The translations under genes were made by a program, and so were the position numbers. Positions 37,730-47,380 of a stretch of 64,000 nt of DNA are shown here, in pieces (the stretch's first letter is position 1; every line of letters starts with the position of its first letter). Under the pieces are notes generated by a model. That model was not told the DNA's origin, did not search any database, and was given only the letters and a program-made list of their open reading frames with translations. Origin of the DNA: Patescibacteria group bacterium. GTDB taxonomy: Bacteria > Patescibacteriota > Microgenomatia > UBA1400 > PJMF01. The stretch lies in contig JBDTME010000002.1 in NCBI GenBank assembly GCA_039934415.1, forward strand, positions 92,746-156,745, given 5' to 3'.

Positions 37730-38885
37730 CTACTTTACCTATTGGTGGTGTTCCGGCTTGATTGAGAGTCTGGTCAATGACACTTTGTGGGTCAGGCATC
37801 GTTGACGAATTCACTGCGGACGTCATTGGTGTTTCAGGTGGTGTTGAGACGGTTGGCGACTCGCTTACAGAGCTACCTGGCATCGCGGCTGGCGTAGTCG
37901 CACTTGGAACAGCAGGGACTTCAGGGGTGCTCATGGGAGCAGGTGAAGTAGATGCCATTTGAGGTGGTGTTGCAAAACCAAGATCTGTTTTCGTAAAATC
38001 TGGCATTTCTGGTGTGGTGCTCATGGGCGTTGGAGCAGCTGGAGTCGCTGGCGCAGCCGTGAATGCTGGTGTTTCGGTCATGGTTGGAGTAGGAACGCTA
38101 GGAGCTGGAGCTGGTTGCATCGTTGGATTTGGTTGTGCTGCCGGAGTTGGTTGAAGACTTGTTGGCATGGTTGGGGTGTCAATCATAAAATCTCCTTGGA
38201 TTTTTGCCTGGACGAGAGGCGTAGTATAATTTGCTGTATCCGTTACTTTTTGACCTTCAAACGACTCAGGGTTGTATGAAGAGTATAGCATCTGGATCAG
38301 TTCTTGAGTGGTAAGTTGTCTGGAATACAAACCAATTCTGGCTAGTTGGTCGATAAGGTGATCGCGACGTGGTATCAGATTCGTTTTGGCTTTTTCAATG
38401 ATGTAATTCTTTTCAAAACTCGACAGCGACTTACTTTTGGCACCAGGAATGACACTCTGTGTGGTGAGACCCATCTCAACTGCTGACAGTGGGATGATGA
38501 TGTAAAACTTCTTATCCAGAACGTTTTGATCTTGAACGAGTGACTCCACAAAAGAATGGTACTCTTTTATTTTTTGTCTATAGATTTGGTTTGTCGCCGT
38601 GTCTTCTAAATCTTGAATTTTTTTGAGATAGGCTGTCACGTCTTTTGGTTGAGAACGGATGACGATCTGGATCGGATAACTCAATGAGTTAAGCAAAGCA
38701 GCATAAGCGTAAATCGTCGCGTCTTGTTCACCTTCCGAGAGAAGACCGAAGTTCATCGCAGAGACCGTAATGACGAGTGATGCTGCTCCATCGCCAAGAA
38801 TAATCAGATCATTGGTAATGTCGTACAGATCCAGGAAGAGCTGAGTGGTGGAATTGCTGACGGTATCAGTTTTTTGCTTTGCCAT
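37689..38885 (-). CDS. hypothetical T4SS-associated protein with a Pro/Thr/Ala-rich C-terminal half
   Basis: Its stop overlaps the VirB4 start by 41 nt (translational coupling). The ~240-aa N-terminal globular part is followed by a low-complexity PTPAAQP-type region. Confidence 0.4.
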   Translation of the reverse strand: MAKQKTDTVSNSTTQLFLDLYDITNDLIILGDGAASLVITVSAMNFGLLSEGEQDATIYAYAALLNSLSYPIQIVIRSQPKDVTAYLKKIQDLEDTATNQIYRQKIKEYHSFVESLVQDQNVLDKKFYIIIPLSAVEMGLTTQSVIPGAKSKSLSSFEKNYIIEKAKTNLIPRRDHLIDQLARIGLYSRQLTTQELIQMLYSSYNPESFEGQKVTDTANYTTPLVQAKIQGDFMIDTPTMPTSLQPTPAAQPNPTMQPAPAPSVPTPTMTETPAFTAAPATPAAPTPMSTTPEMPDFTKTDLGFATPPQMASTSPAPMSTPEVPAVPSATTPAAMPGSSVSESPTVSTPPETPMTSAVNSSTMPDPQSVIDQTLNQAGTPPIGKVGEMPSTPQPGMDN

Positions 38886-38922
38886 TGGGGTTTAATCTTT
38901 TAACTTTTAACTTTCAACTTAC

Positions 38923-39990
38923 TTACTCACTTGCTCGTATTTCGATTGGGTCAAGAATAGTGTTATTAAGCTCAAGTTTCTGAGTTGGAAACAGTATACC
39001 TTCTTTCTCTGCTTTCATAAAATACTCACCATTTTTGAGAGGAGTGCTGATGTAAAACTGTCCAATTTTGTTTGTTCTGACTGCGCGAACTGGCATGCCT
39101 TGATCGTCAGCAATTTCAACAATAGCGTTTTCAACGATGTTGCCAACCTGGTCAAACACCATACCGACAACAATGTTGGGTTGTGTTGGTTTCTTGGGAA
39201 AGGGGAGAGTGTCAGATGTTTGAACGTTGAGTGCAGCTGAGTGTTGTGCTGTGGGATCATCAACAACTAGAGAAGCGGCATTAAAAACGTCTACTACTTC
39301 TGAAGTAGTTTCAGGTGCAGGTGCTTCTACCGGAACAGTCACTTCTTCAATACTTGGCGGAAGAGTCTCCGGAATTTGTTCAGCTGTCAATCTTTCGTCT
39401 TCGTAAGGAACATTGGTTTTAAAGAGATTATCAAATTGTTGTAGTGGATGTTGTTGTGCTGTAAGGTCTGGTTTGGTTAGTAGTTCAACGGCATCTACTG
39501 TTTCGACGTGTACAGTGTCGAACAGCGATAGGACCGCACTCATCTGCTGGGCTTCTTGGTATGCCAGTGGATCTAAAGCAGACTCATCTGGAAGAGTGTG
39601 AATATACTCATAAATACGCTGTTGTTTTAAAGGAGATAAATCAAGTTCGTCTTGAAACGTCGTAGTTTCTTTCGTGGTATATGTTAAGTAGTCGGGCAAG
39701 TTACCTGATTTTCTCCAATAAAAGAGTGTTGGTTTATAAATTGCTCGAAATAAAGCGATGAACCATTGGTCGAGTGGACGGCCTTCATAGGGAACGAACG
39801 CGATCATTGCCCCAAGTCCAACGAAAAAAACAATCAGCGGCCACTTGATTACGCTATATAAATTCGTTTGATAAATCACCACTCCTAACAAAATTCCCGC
39901 ACCCAACTCCAAAAACTGCTTGAGCGTCATGTTCCCAATCAGGTGAAATTCGTAGCTAGTGACAGCTTGTGGTATCGGATGATCTTGCAT
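38923..39990 (-). CDS. hypothetical membrane protein: a PrgI/VirB3-like 2-TM N-terminus and a C-terminal carboxypeptidase-regulatory-like beta domain
   Basis: The two N-terminal hydrophobic helices occupy the position and size of VirB3/PrgI upstream of VirB4. The C-terminus carries the motif NKIGQFYISTPLKNGEYFMKAEKEG. Confidence 0.35.
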   Translation of the reverse strand: MQDHPIPQAVTSYEFHLIGNMTLKQFLELGAGILLGVVIYQTNLYSVIKWPLIVFFVGLGAMIAFVPYEGRPLDQWFIALFRAIYKPTLFYWRKSGNLPDYLTYTTKETTTFQDELDLSPLKQQRIYEYIHTLPDESALDPLAYQEAQQMSAVLSLFDTVHVETVDAVELLTKPDLTAQQHPLQQFDNLFKTNVPYEDERLTAEQIPETLPPSIEEVTVPVEAPAPETTSEVVDVFNAASLVVDDPTAQHSAALNVQTSDTLPFPKKPTQPNIVVGMVFDQVGNIVENAIVEIADDQGMPVRAVRTNKIGQFYISTPLKNGEYFMKAEKEGILFPTQKLELNNTILDPIEIRASE

Positions 39991-40078
39991 AAGAGTTGTA
40001 AGTTATAAGAGGTAAGTTGTAAGGAATAAGTTGTAAGAGAGTTATCTTTTCACTTATAACTTTAACTTAACCCTTCCC

Positions 40079-41137
40079 TCATTCTACCTTAACGGCTGGT
40101 GAGATAGCTTCGACGTTAAAGATGCTATTGTTTTTGTCTTTTCCAACGCCGTAAAAATGGATGTATGGCAGAATGTATCCATTCTGTTCGTTTTGTCTGT
40201 ACTCCAAGGTGGCCGAGCTAAACTCAACATTGGAGAGGTTCTCGGCATTTGGTTCAATAGCATCAAAGTTTCCTGCGTGAATATAGGTGATGAGACCGGC
40301 AAGCATCCTATCCTCGACTCCACCAAGCCCCAGAGAGTTTACGATTTGTACTTGTTCAAAACTGCTTGGAACAGGATAAAAGCTGATTTCTAAAATACTT
40401 GCATTTTTGTCAACTCTAATGATCGCTGGAGATTGAACCTTATCACTGGAAATGAATGGAATATTGTCTACTAAAGTGTTGAGTGTAATTTTGTACGCAT
40501 TTGTTGAAGCCTCGTCTTTTGCTGGTTCAGTACTTTCTGGATTTACGCTTTGAGGTTCTGGTTCTGAAAGTGTGTAGTTTTGGAACAACTGGTGTTCGTC
40601 GATAAACGACCGAATTTTTTTTGCTATTTCCTCATGAGTTACGGTTGCCGTTTTGGGTAAAGTATCATCTAAAATGCTGAGCAGAATGTCTTTCTTATAC
40701 GCAATGAGTGTCGCGTTGCCACTCGTTGTCAACTGATATTCTTGGTTGGCATCTTGCCAAGCGTTGCTTGTCCCAGGTACTGGAGTAAGCGGAAGTTGCT
40801 TAGCGAGTTTTTGTATGGTTGTTTCAATTGTTTCTGGTTGCAAGGCTTGATAAACAGCCAGCTTGCTAGGCATGCTCATTGTCAAGTTCTTATCGAAAGT
40901 GATTTGTGCTTTATATGTTTTTTCTGTAGTGACCACGGTTTCCGCTGGAGGAGGTGTTGGTGTCAGTGCCTGCAAAATAGCCGAAATAACAACAGCCAAA
41001 CCCATTATTACAATAAACACTCTCAACCATTTCTTCTGAAATAGTTTTGTGATGAATGATGGAAGTTGCAATCGATTATTTTCCATAATATTCGTCACAT
41101 CTTGGTCCTTCAGGTACTTTGCCAGCAGTGCTGACAC
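40079..41137 (-). CDS. hypothetical membrane-anchored protein (T4SS locus)
   Basis: 352 aa with one N-terminal TM helix. Its start overlaps the end of the preceding gene (41076..41137). Confidence 0.35.
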   Translation of the reverse strand: MSALLAKYLKDQDVTNIMENNRLQLPSFITKLFQKKWLRVFIVIMGLAVVISAILQALTPTPPPAETVVTTEKTYKAQITFDKNLTMSMPSKLAVYQALQPETIETTIQKLAKQLPLTPVPGTSNAWQDANQEYQLTTSGNATLIAYKKDILLSILDDTLPKTATVTHEEIAKKIRSFIDEHQLFQNYTLSEPEPQSVNPESTEPAKDEASTNAYKITLNTLVDNIPFISSDKVQSPAIIRVDKNASILEISFYPVPSSFEQVQIVNSLGLGGVEDRMLAGLITYIHAGNFDAIEPNAENLSNVEFSSATLEYRQNEQNGYILPYIHFYGVGKDKNNSIFNVEAISPAVKVE

Positions 41138-44100
41138 CTAATGTTTGAATTAAGGCATAGTCACTCAAACCTCTAATCTCATAGTGTAAGTGATTTCCAT
41201 CAGATGCTCCACCAGGACCATGCGTACTATCAACATGACCTACTAATTGTCCACCCTCAACCGTTTCGCCCACGTGGACGACGATTCCACCATCAATCTG
41301 ATGGGCGTAATAAGAAAGCCAACCACCGTGATCAATGACTAACAGATTGCCAAACGCATTATTGTCACGTTTAGTGGTGACAACTGTAACAACGCCTGGT
41401 GCAGCGGCGTAGATAGGAGTGTTTAATGGAGCCGCAATGTCGTAGGCGTCAGGACGAACTTTGAATCCGCCACAATGACTCCAACTTGGATGTGTAATAC
41501 ATTGTTGAGTTAAAACTGGGTGACTTATGGGACCAGTACCATATGGAAGTTGAGTCACCCTCCCTTTTACAGGCCAACAAGGAGGAACGGTTGTTGTCGG
41601 ACAATCTCCAAAACAGGTCTGTGCCCGACTGGTACTGCTGTCAGCTTGACCAGCTGCGGTGATGTTTGCCTTAATATCATTTTTGACCAAAGAATCACTA
41701 AAACGAGAGTCTGATGCATCGACGGTGAATTGAAGATGAATCGGCTGATCTGCTGTGAGTGGTTGGCCTGCCAAAGCAGCGAGTTGGTCAGTGAGTTCCT
41801 GAGGGAGAGCTGGCGGATCAATCACGTTCGAATCTTTATCAATTGCACTCATAGTATCTGTGAGTCCCGTAATGACGATCTCTTCCGTTGCCTCAGGTTT
41901 TTTGGAGAGGTCAATTGTGTATGTGATCGGACCTTGCGCATTAGAGTTGCTGGGTTGGGCAGTTTTTTTCAAAGTGATGTATCGCGATTCGTCAGCATCT
42001 AGCGAAAAGTATGGTGCGACTTGAGTGACGCTGGCATCGGGGAGGAAAGCGCTTAGGATCATGGATGTGGTGAAGATGTTTGCGATGACAATAGTTACTA
42101 GTGGGATGCCAACGGCAGCAGCTATAGTAGCCGTAGAGCCTGTGATACCTTGTGCAGTCAGTGTCTGTGCAGCTCCTTCTAAGAAGCCTGTAGTTTGACC
42201 CGCTGCAGTTGAAACTGCCGGTCTGGCAAAGTTGCTTAGTGCAGCTTTAGTACTTGATGGAAGAGCGCTCGCATAACTAGATGTACTTCCGGCATCAGAG
42301 GCGCCTTTCATAAATCCTGCTATGCCGCCCGCGATTGCTCCAACACTTGCCCCGATGGCTGTTCCAACCACTGGAAAAAAAGAGCCAATGATTCCACCGG
42401 CCACGGCACCACCAGCCACACCACCAAGTGTTGTGCCTGCCACACCCTGCACCATGTTTGTGATGATTCCGTAAATGGCTGCACCAGTTCCGGCAGCACC
42501 ACCAACGACAAGCACACCTTTTTTAAGCTGTGATGAGCCAATTTTTGTAGCCGTCCCCTGAAGACTAGCGGCATTGAGATTTCCTATGCCCTTGGCTCTG
42601 CCTAACCAGTCTCTTAAATTACTTAATCCTTGAACATTTCCTACCTGTGGAGCGTTCCAAGATTGATGTGGGACTGCTGTGTCATATAAAGCCTTATTGA
42701 AAGCCGCACGACCTTGATTGTCGAGCTGAGTTTGTCCTGCCGGAAGAAATTGCTGGCGATCAACCCCCAACATATTGCTGTAAAAGACTTGTTCTTGTTC
42801 ATCAAGATTGTTAATTTGTGCCTGTAACTGGTTGAGATACTGATTGCGAACGTAGAGCGCCTCAGCTCTCAGAAATTTTTCTTGTTCTGAAGCTTCTGCT
42901 GGAGTAATTGCCAAATCTCGAGTGAAAAAAGCATGAGCCAGAACTTTATCTGTATTGGCTTTATATTTGGGGGAATACGTTTTGATCAATTCTCGATATT
43001 GCTCCGTGGAAAGAGAGAGGGGTGTTGTCTCTCCGGGCTCAAGGCTATGAGTAAGTAAATTATTTTGGGTGTAGTTTGCCAACGCATGTTTTCGTTGCGC
43101 GACGTACGACTCCATGATCTGTAAAACCTCTTGATTGTTTCTGAGACTAGGATCGAGCTCGTTGAGCATGACCTTAAGATTGTCAGAGAGGAGATGAGGA
43201 CTACCGAGTGATAACGCGTAAGAATCAAGAGTATTGAGAATATTTATTTCAGCGGAGCCATCTTTATTATAAGTTCGTAATAAAGAGACGAGCGCTTCTT
43301 TGGGATTGTCTTTGCTGAAGCGTTGAAACTTGGCAAAGTTTTCGAAGTTGGCTTGAGTTACTGTTTTGCCATTTGTCTGCAATTGTTTGAGATAGACATC
43401 TATTTGTCCGAGCAGTTTTTTGCGTTCATCTGCTCCGAGAGAAAAAATGTTTTCTGGAAAGATCTGACGGAGTTCAAGAGGATCTAAGGCAGAGATTCCA
43501 GTCCCTTTCGTTCTTGGAGCTCGTCTCAAAATTTCATCGCCGAGGTTTTCGATTGACTCTGCAGAAACCATTGCTTCAAAAGTCGCAATTTGCTTGAGTT
43601 GCTTTTTAAACTCTTGTTTGGCGAGTTCTGAGTAATCTTGTGGAGCATCTTCTGAGTCGATTTTTTCTGAAAAGAGTTGGGTGGCATCCTCGGCAGTTTT
43701 AAGTGATCCTTTGAAACTCGTGTCGTTAAAAGCCTTGAGTTCAAACTTCTCTTTTAAAATTTCAGTTTTTAAGAGAAAGTACTCGTTGTTGCATAAGCGC
43801 TTATAAATTTGATCAACGTGTGAAAGCAGTTGTTGTCGGATCGTAATTCTGTCGGTGATTGATAGCCGGCCAGATTCAGCAAGTAGCAATGCGAATTGAG
43901 GGTTTTCTTGAAGATAGAGAGAAATGACTCCTGCAATATCCTCTTGGAGCGAGAATAATTGAAAGTCGAGTTGTCTTTGTTCATCGGCTGGTAGTTTGTT
44001 GTAAAACGTTCGCCAATCAGCGACATCTAGAGCCGAGTTCAACACTTCATTCATCAGGGCGCCAGAGTCTCTCCAACCTTCTTGAGCGGCGATTTTTTGA

Positions 44101-44771
44101 ACTTCAAATGGTGAGGGAGGTGTTTGTTCGTCCGTGCGGGGTACATTCTGAGCGTCATTTTCTGCTGGAGTTTGTTCTGTCTGAGATTTCCTGAAAGCGC
44201 CACCGCCGACATAACTCCCATCGACTTCTTTCTCAGATTTGTCTTTGGTTTTTTCTTCGTTTGCTTGAGCTTCGTCTGGAGCTGCTTCCCCAGATATTTT
44301 TCGTGCGATTAAATCCTCACTGATACTCCTCAATAGTTGGAGAGCGTTGTTTTCTTTGAGCAAGTACCGTCGGACATATTCATCGCGATTGAGTATGTCA
44401 CTTTCTGATTTCTCGTCATTGGGAAGGAAAAACAAGGGCATTTTTTCAAATACTTTTGGATTCTTCCGGTTAACTTCAGTGAAGATGAGATTTAAAAAAT
44501 AGCGAACTTGGTTTTTATCCTCCGCTGCTTCGGATGCAGTAAAGATTGAGTTGAATCGGGTAGGAATAGTTTGGTTGACCTTGCTACTCACTAGTTCATC
44601 TAAAGTGTCGACGATTTCATCTAGAAAATCAGGGAACTCTGGAAGTGCCAGTACTGTTTCTAGGGAGAGCGGGTCGAAATCAACTTTGTGTTTTTCTAGC
44701 TCGTCGATATACGTGGATAGCGCACTAGAATTCAGAAGCGTCGATGGTTGTTCAAATACCGTAGTTGCCAT
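41076..44771 (-). CDS. large T4SS-associated protein with a glycine-zipper TM region and a C-terminal M23 peptidase domain
   Basis: The C-terminal M23 (LytM) motifs are HGGWLSYYAH, H.VGETVEGGQLVGHVDSTHGPGGASDGNHLHYEIR. The central Gly/Ala-rich segment is GVLVVGGAAGTGAAIYGII...GGIAGF. 1,231 aa. Confidence 0.7.
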   Translation of the reverse strand: MATTVFEQPSTLLNSSALSTYIDELEKHKVDFDPLSLETVLALPEFPDFLDEIVDTLDELVSSKVNQTIPTRFNSIFTASEAAEDKNQVRYFLNLIFTEVNRKNPKVFEKMPLFFLPNDEKSESDILNRDEYVRRYLLKENNALQLLRSISEDLIARKISGEAAPDEAQANEEKTKDKSEKEVDGSYVGGGAFRKSQTEQTPAENDAQNVPRTDEQTPPSPFEVQKIAAQEGWRDSGALMNEVLNSALDVADWRTFYNKLPADEQRQLDFQLFSLQEDIAGVISLYLQENPQFALLLAESGRLSITDRITIRQQLLSHVDQIYKRLCNNEYFLLKTEILKEKFELKAFNDTSFKGSLKTAEDATQLFSEKIDSEDAPQDYSELAKQEFKKQLKQIATFEAMVSAESIENLGDEILRRAPRTKGTGISALDPLELRQIFPENIFSLGADERKKLLGQIDVYLKQLQTNGKTVTQANFENFAKFQRFSKDNPKEALVSLLRTYNKDGSAEINILNTLDSYALSLGSPHLLSDNLKVMLNELDPSLRNNQEVLQIMESYVAQRKHALANYTQNNLLTHSLEPGETTPLSLSTEQYRELIKTYSPKYKANTDKVLAHAFFTRDLAITPAEASEQEKFLRAEALYVRNQYLNQLQAQINNLDEQEQVFYSNMLGVDRQQFLPAGQTQLDNQGRAAFNKALYDTAVPHQSWNAPQVGNVQGLSNLRDWLGRAKGIGNLNAASLQGTATKIGSSQLKKGVLVVGGAAGTGAAIYGIITNMVQGVAGTTLGGVAGGAVAGGIIGSFFPVVGTAIGASVGAIAGGIAGFMKGASDAGSTSSYASALPSSTKAALSNFARPAVSTAAGQTTGFLEGAAQTLTAQGITGSTATIAAAVGIPLVTIVIANIFTTSMILSAFLPDASVTQVAPYFSLDADESRYITLKKTAQPSNSNAQGPITYTIDLSKKPEATEEIVITGLTDTMSAIDKDSNVIDPPALPQELTDQLAALAGQPLTADQPIHLQFTVDASDSRFSDSLVKNDIKANITAAGQADSSTSRAQTCFGDCPTTTVPPCWPVKGRVTQLPYGTGPISHPVLTQQCITHPSWSHCGGFKVRPDAYDIAAPLNTPIYAAAPGVVTVVTTKRDNNAFGNLLVIDHGGWLSYYAHQIDGGIVVHVGETVEGGQLVGHVDSTHGPGGASDGNHLHYEIRGLSDYALIQTLGVSTAGKVPEGPRCDEYYGK

Positions 44772-44876
44772 GTAGGGAAATTATACCTTGACAACCAGTG
44801 TGGAGGTAGGGGAGATGACTAGTTAAGTAGAATCATGACTTTCAGATGAATACCACGAGGTTTTTGTGTAAAGAGA

Positions 44877-45134
44877 TTAGTAGACTTCTTCGTGCGTGCC
44901 AATGTCGATGAAGAAGATGACATCCTCTTCTTGTAAAAAAAGAATTCTGACACTCATATTTACGTAGGCTGACACGACTTCAGTGTTTTTTAATTTATGT
45001 AGTTTTAAAGAAGGATGTTTTGGATTGTTCTTTATTAGCTTGATAGTTTTATTTACTCGGTATTCCCAATCTGTGTTCTTCTTAATGAGCTTTTGCAGCT
45101 TCTTGGCAAAAGATGCCGAAAAAATTAAACGCAT
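44877..45134 (-). CDS. type II toxin, RelE/ParE superfamily
   Basis: 85 aa with the basic beta-core pattern. Its start is 3 nt after the stop of the upstream antitoxin. Confidence 0.6.
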   Translation of the reverse strand: MRLIFSASFAKKLQKLIKKNTDWEYRVNKTIKLIKNNPKHPSLKLHKLKNTEVVSAYVNMSVRILFLQEEDVIFFIDIGTHEEVY

Positions 45135-45136
45135 AT

Positions 45137-45400
45137 TTATTTGAGTGAGTCGAAGAATTTATCAACGTCTTCATCTGTTTCCAAAACAGTACTTTTACCT
45201 ATAGCGTAATCCCTTTTGGCTTCTTTGATCAGATCTTCGTAGGGATCTTTTTGAACGAGTCTTCGGAGAGCGTCACGAATAACATCACTAAATGAGCTGT
45301 AAAAACCTAAGTCAACGAGTTCTTCGGCCTGAGCCTTGAGTTGTGCTGGTAGGGAGATGTTGATGGTAGCCATATGCATCATTATACAATAATTATACAA
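45137..45400 (-). CDS. type II antitoxin, ParD/CopG ribbon-helix-helix family
   Basis: ISLPAQLKAQAEELVDLGFYSSFSDVIRDALRRL is RHH-like. The true start is probably the internal Met at 45373. Confidence 0.6.
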   Translation of the reverse strand: MYNYCIMMHMATINISLPAQLKAQAEELVDLGFYSSFSDVIRDALRRLVQKDPYEDLIKEAKRDYAIGKSTVLETDEDVDKFFDSLK

Positions 45401-45414
45401 AAAATCAACAAAAA

Positions 45415-46230
45415 CTATACAATTGCGAATGTCTTGGCTAGTGTTTTGGGGATTTGGTTGGCCAAATCAGTGGAGTTGAAAAAAGGGCCAACTGTTTTAT
45501 AGAGCTCATCACCTGCGTGTTTGTTTACATAGCTGGCAACGACAGCCGCTGCAAATGGATTATCAGTAAATGCATAGAGTCCAGCTACGAGCCCAGCCAA
45601 GACATCACCTGTTCCTCCTTTGGTCATGCCTTCGTTACCACCTTCAACTAGGATTTTTTGTTCAGCATTGAAAACTTCGTCAACTTTTCCTTTTAACAAA
45701 ATAGTGGGATGTTCCGAGAGTTCTGCAAACGGATATCCTTCAGTGTTTTTTCTTCCAACTTTTTCCAGTAGCCAGGCATACTCTTGGTGATGCGGGGTAA
45801 TGATCGTCTTATTTGTAAAGAGTTTTGGATCAATCATCTGTAGCGCACCAGCATCGATGACCCATTTCTCATTCGGATATTTGGAAAGCAAGTGAGTGGT
45901 GATTTTCTCGGTTTCGTCATTACGCACCATCCCTGGTCCGATCAAAACAACATCAGCTTCTTGAATGTAATCTTCAACATTTTCGCGAGGGACGACGATA
46001 CCATTGTGGAAGTGTTCTTTTGATTCTTTGATCAAATCATTGTTCTCAGGCACCGAAGAGTAAAACACCATGTCGACCATGCGTGAGACGACGAGCAAAC
46101 TCCATTGACTGGCGGCATGAAACAATTCGCTGCCACCAATCACCATGACTTTGCCATTCTGACCTTTATGAGAATCCGGACGAGGTAAATTGATTTGTGA
46201 CAAGTAGAGTTGAAGTTCTGATGGAGTCAT
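45415..46230 (-). CDS. nnrD: ADP-dependent NAD(P)H-hydrate dehydratase (YjeF C-terminal domain)
   Basis: GQNGKVMVIGGS, DAGAL and GGTGDVLAG motifs. Confidence 0.8.
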   Translation of the reverse strand: MTPSELQLYLSQINLPRPDSHKGQNGKVMVIGGSELFHAASQWSLLVVSRMVDMVFYSSVPENNDLIKESKEHFHNGIVVPRENVEDYIQEADVVLIGPGMVRNDETEKITTHLLSKYPNEKWVIDAGALQMIDPKLFTNKTIITPHHQEYAWLLEKVGRKNTEGYPFAELSEHPTILLKGKVDEVFNAEQKILVEGGNEGMTKGGTGDVLAGLVAGLYAFTDNPFAAAVVASYVNKHAGDELYKTVGPFFNSTDLANQIPKTLAKTFAIV

Positions 46231-46261
46231 CTGGATTATAGTTCATTATAATTTGTGAAGC

Positions 46262-47365
46262 TTACAGCCTGATTATATCAGCGTTTTTCAGCTCTGGCAT
46301 TTGTAGGACTTCTTCTTCAGCGCTGGTCATAATAGTTTGAGTGGTTTTGGCGAGTTCGAGTACACGCAGACGATTTTCTTTATCGAGTTCTGAAAAAATA
46401 TCATCTAGGAGGAGCAGTGGAGTTTTGCCGAGTGTTTTGCGGATAATTTCAAATGACCCGAGTTTGAGCCAGAGCACGCCCATCCGTTGTTGACCACGGG
46501 AGCCATGCGTGAAGAGCGGTGATCTGACTGAGTGAGAATTTTTAACAATTGAAAATTGTACAATAATGTCGTCTTTATGCGGACCGACCAGTGTGTGACC
46601 GGCTGCGATTTCTTGGTTTGAGTATTGTTCGAGGCGAGCAGGACTCAACAAAGAAAGATCATACTCGATCTGAAATTGGAGTGGGAACTCAATGCCGTTT
46701 AAATGGTCGATGAGTTCGCGTCGCTTATCTTGTAGATACATGCCATGTTTTAACAAGGATAAATTCCAAAAGCTTAGAGTCGTACGCGGTGCCTCGCCTT
46801 CACGAATTTGTTGTAATAATCGATTACGTCTTCGCAAGGTTTGTTCATAAGTAGACAGAGCAGTCAAGTATTGTTGATCAATTTGAGTAAGAACTGTGTC
46901 TAAAAATTCGCGGCGCCGAGACGGGCTACCGGTAATTAACCGAAGATCCTCTGGAATAAATGCGATAGTGGGAACTAAACCCACAATGCCGCGTTTTTGT
47001 TTGCGCACGCCATTGAGGGAAAAGATTTTTTTGGAGACTCGTTTACCAGAAACGAGGCCAGGATTGAGCAACAGTTCAATTTCTAATTGTTCGCTCTCTT
47101 CATTGGCTTGGTGTGTCTTTTCTGTTTGATGATCGTTGAGTAGCGTTTTCATCTTAATCCGGGCCAACTCTTGTTCGACTTCGATAAAATCATCGACAGT
47201 TCCTGACCGAAAGCTTTCGCCTGTAGATAGTAAGTGGATCGCTTCTAGTAAATTGGTTTTGCCGAACGCGTTGGGTGCTACAAACACCGTTAATGGTTTG
47301 GTAAATAAAAACGTTTTGTTTTGATAATTACGAAAGTGCTGAAGAGAGACGCCTGTGAGAAACAT
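46262..47365 (-). CDS. recF: DNA replication and repair protein RecF
   Basis: The N-terminal LQHFRNYQ...FVAPNAFGKTNLLEAI Walker A, the SMC-like signature region and the C-terminal Walker B LLLDDIFSELD. Confidence 0.85.
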   Translation of the reverse strand: MFLTGVSLQHFRNYQNKTFLFTKPLTVFVAPNAFGKTNLLEAIHLLSTGESFRSGTVDDFIEVEQELARIKMKTLLNDHQTEKTHQANEESEQLEIELLLNPGLVSGKRVSKKIFSLNGVRKQKRGIVGLVPTIAFIPEDLRLITGSPSRRREFLDTVLTQIDQQYLTALSTYEQTLRRRNRLLQQIREGEAPRTTLSFWNLSLLKHGMYLQDKRRELIDHLNGIEFPLQFQIEYDLSLLSPARLEQYSNQEIAAGHTLVGPHKDDIIVQFSIVKNSHSVRSPLFTHGSRGQQRMGVLWLKLGSFEIIRKTLGKTPLLLLDDIFSELDKENRLRVLELAKTTQTIMTSAEEEVLQMPELKNADIIRL

Positions 47366-47380
47366 GTCAGGATAATAACA

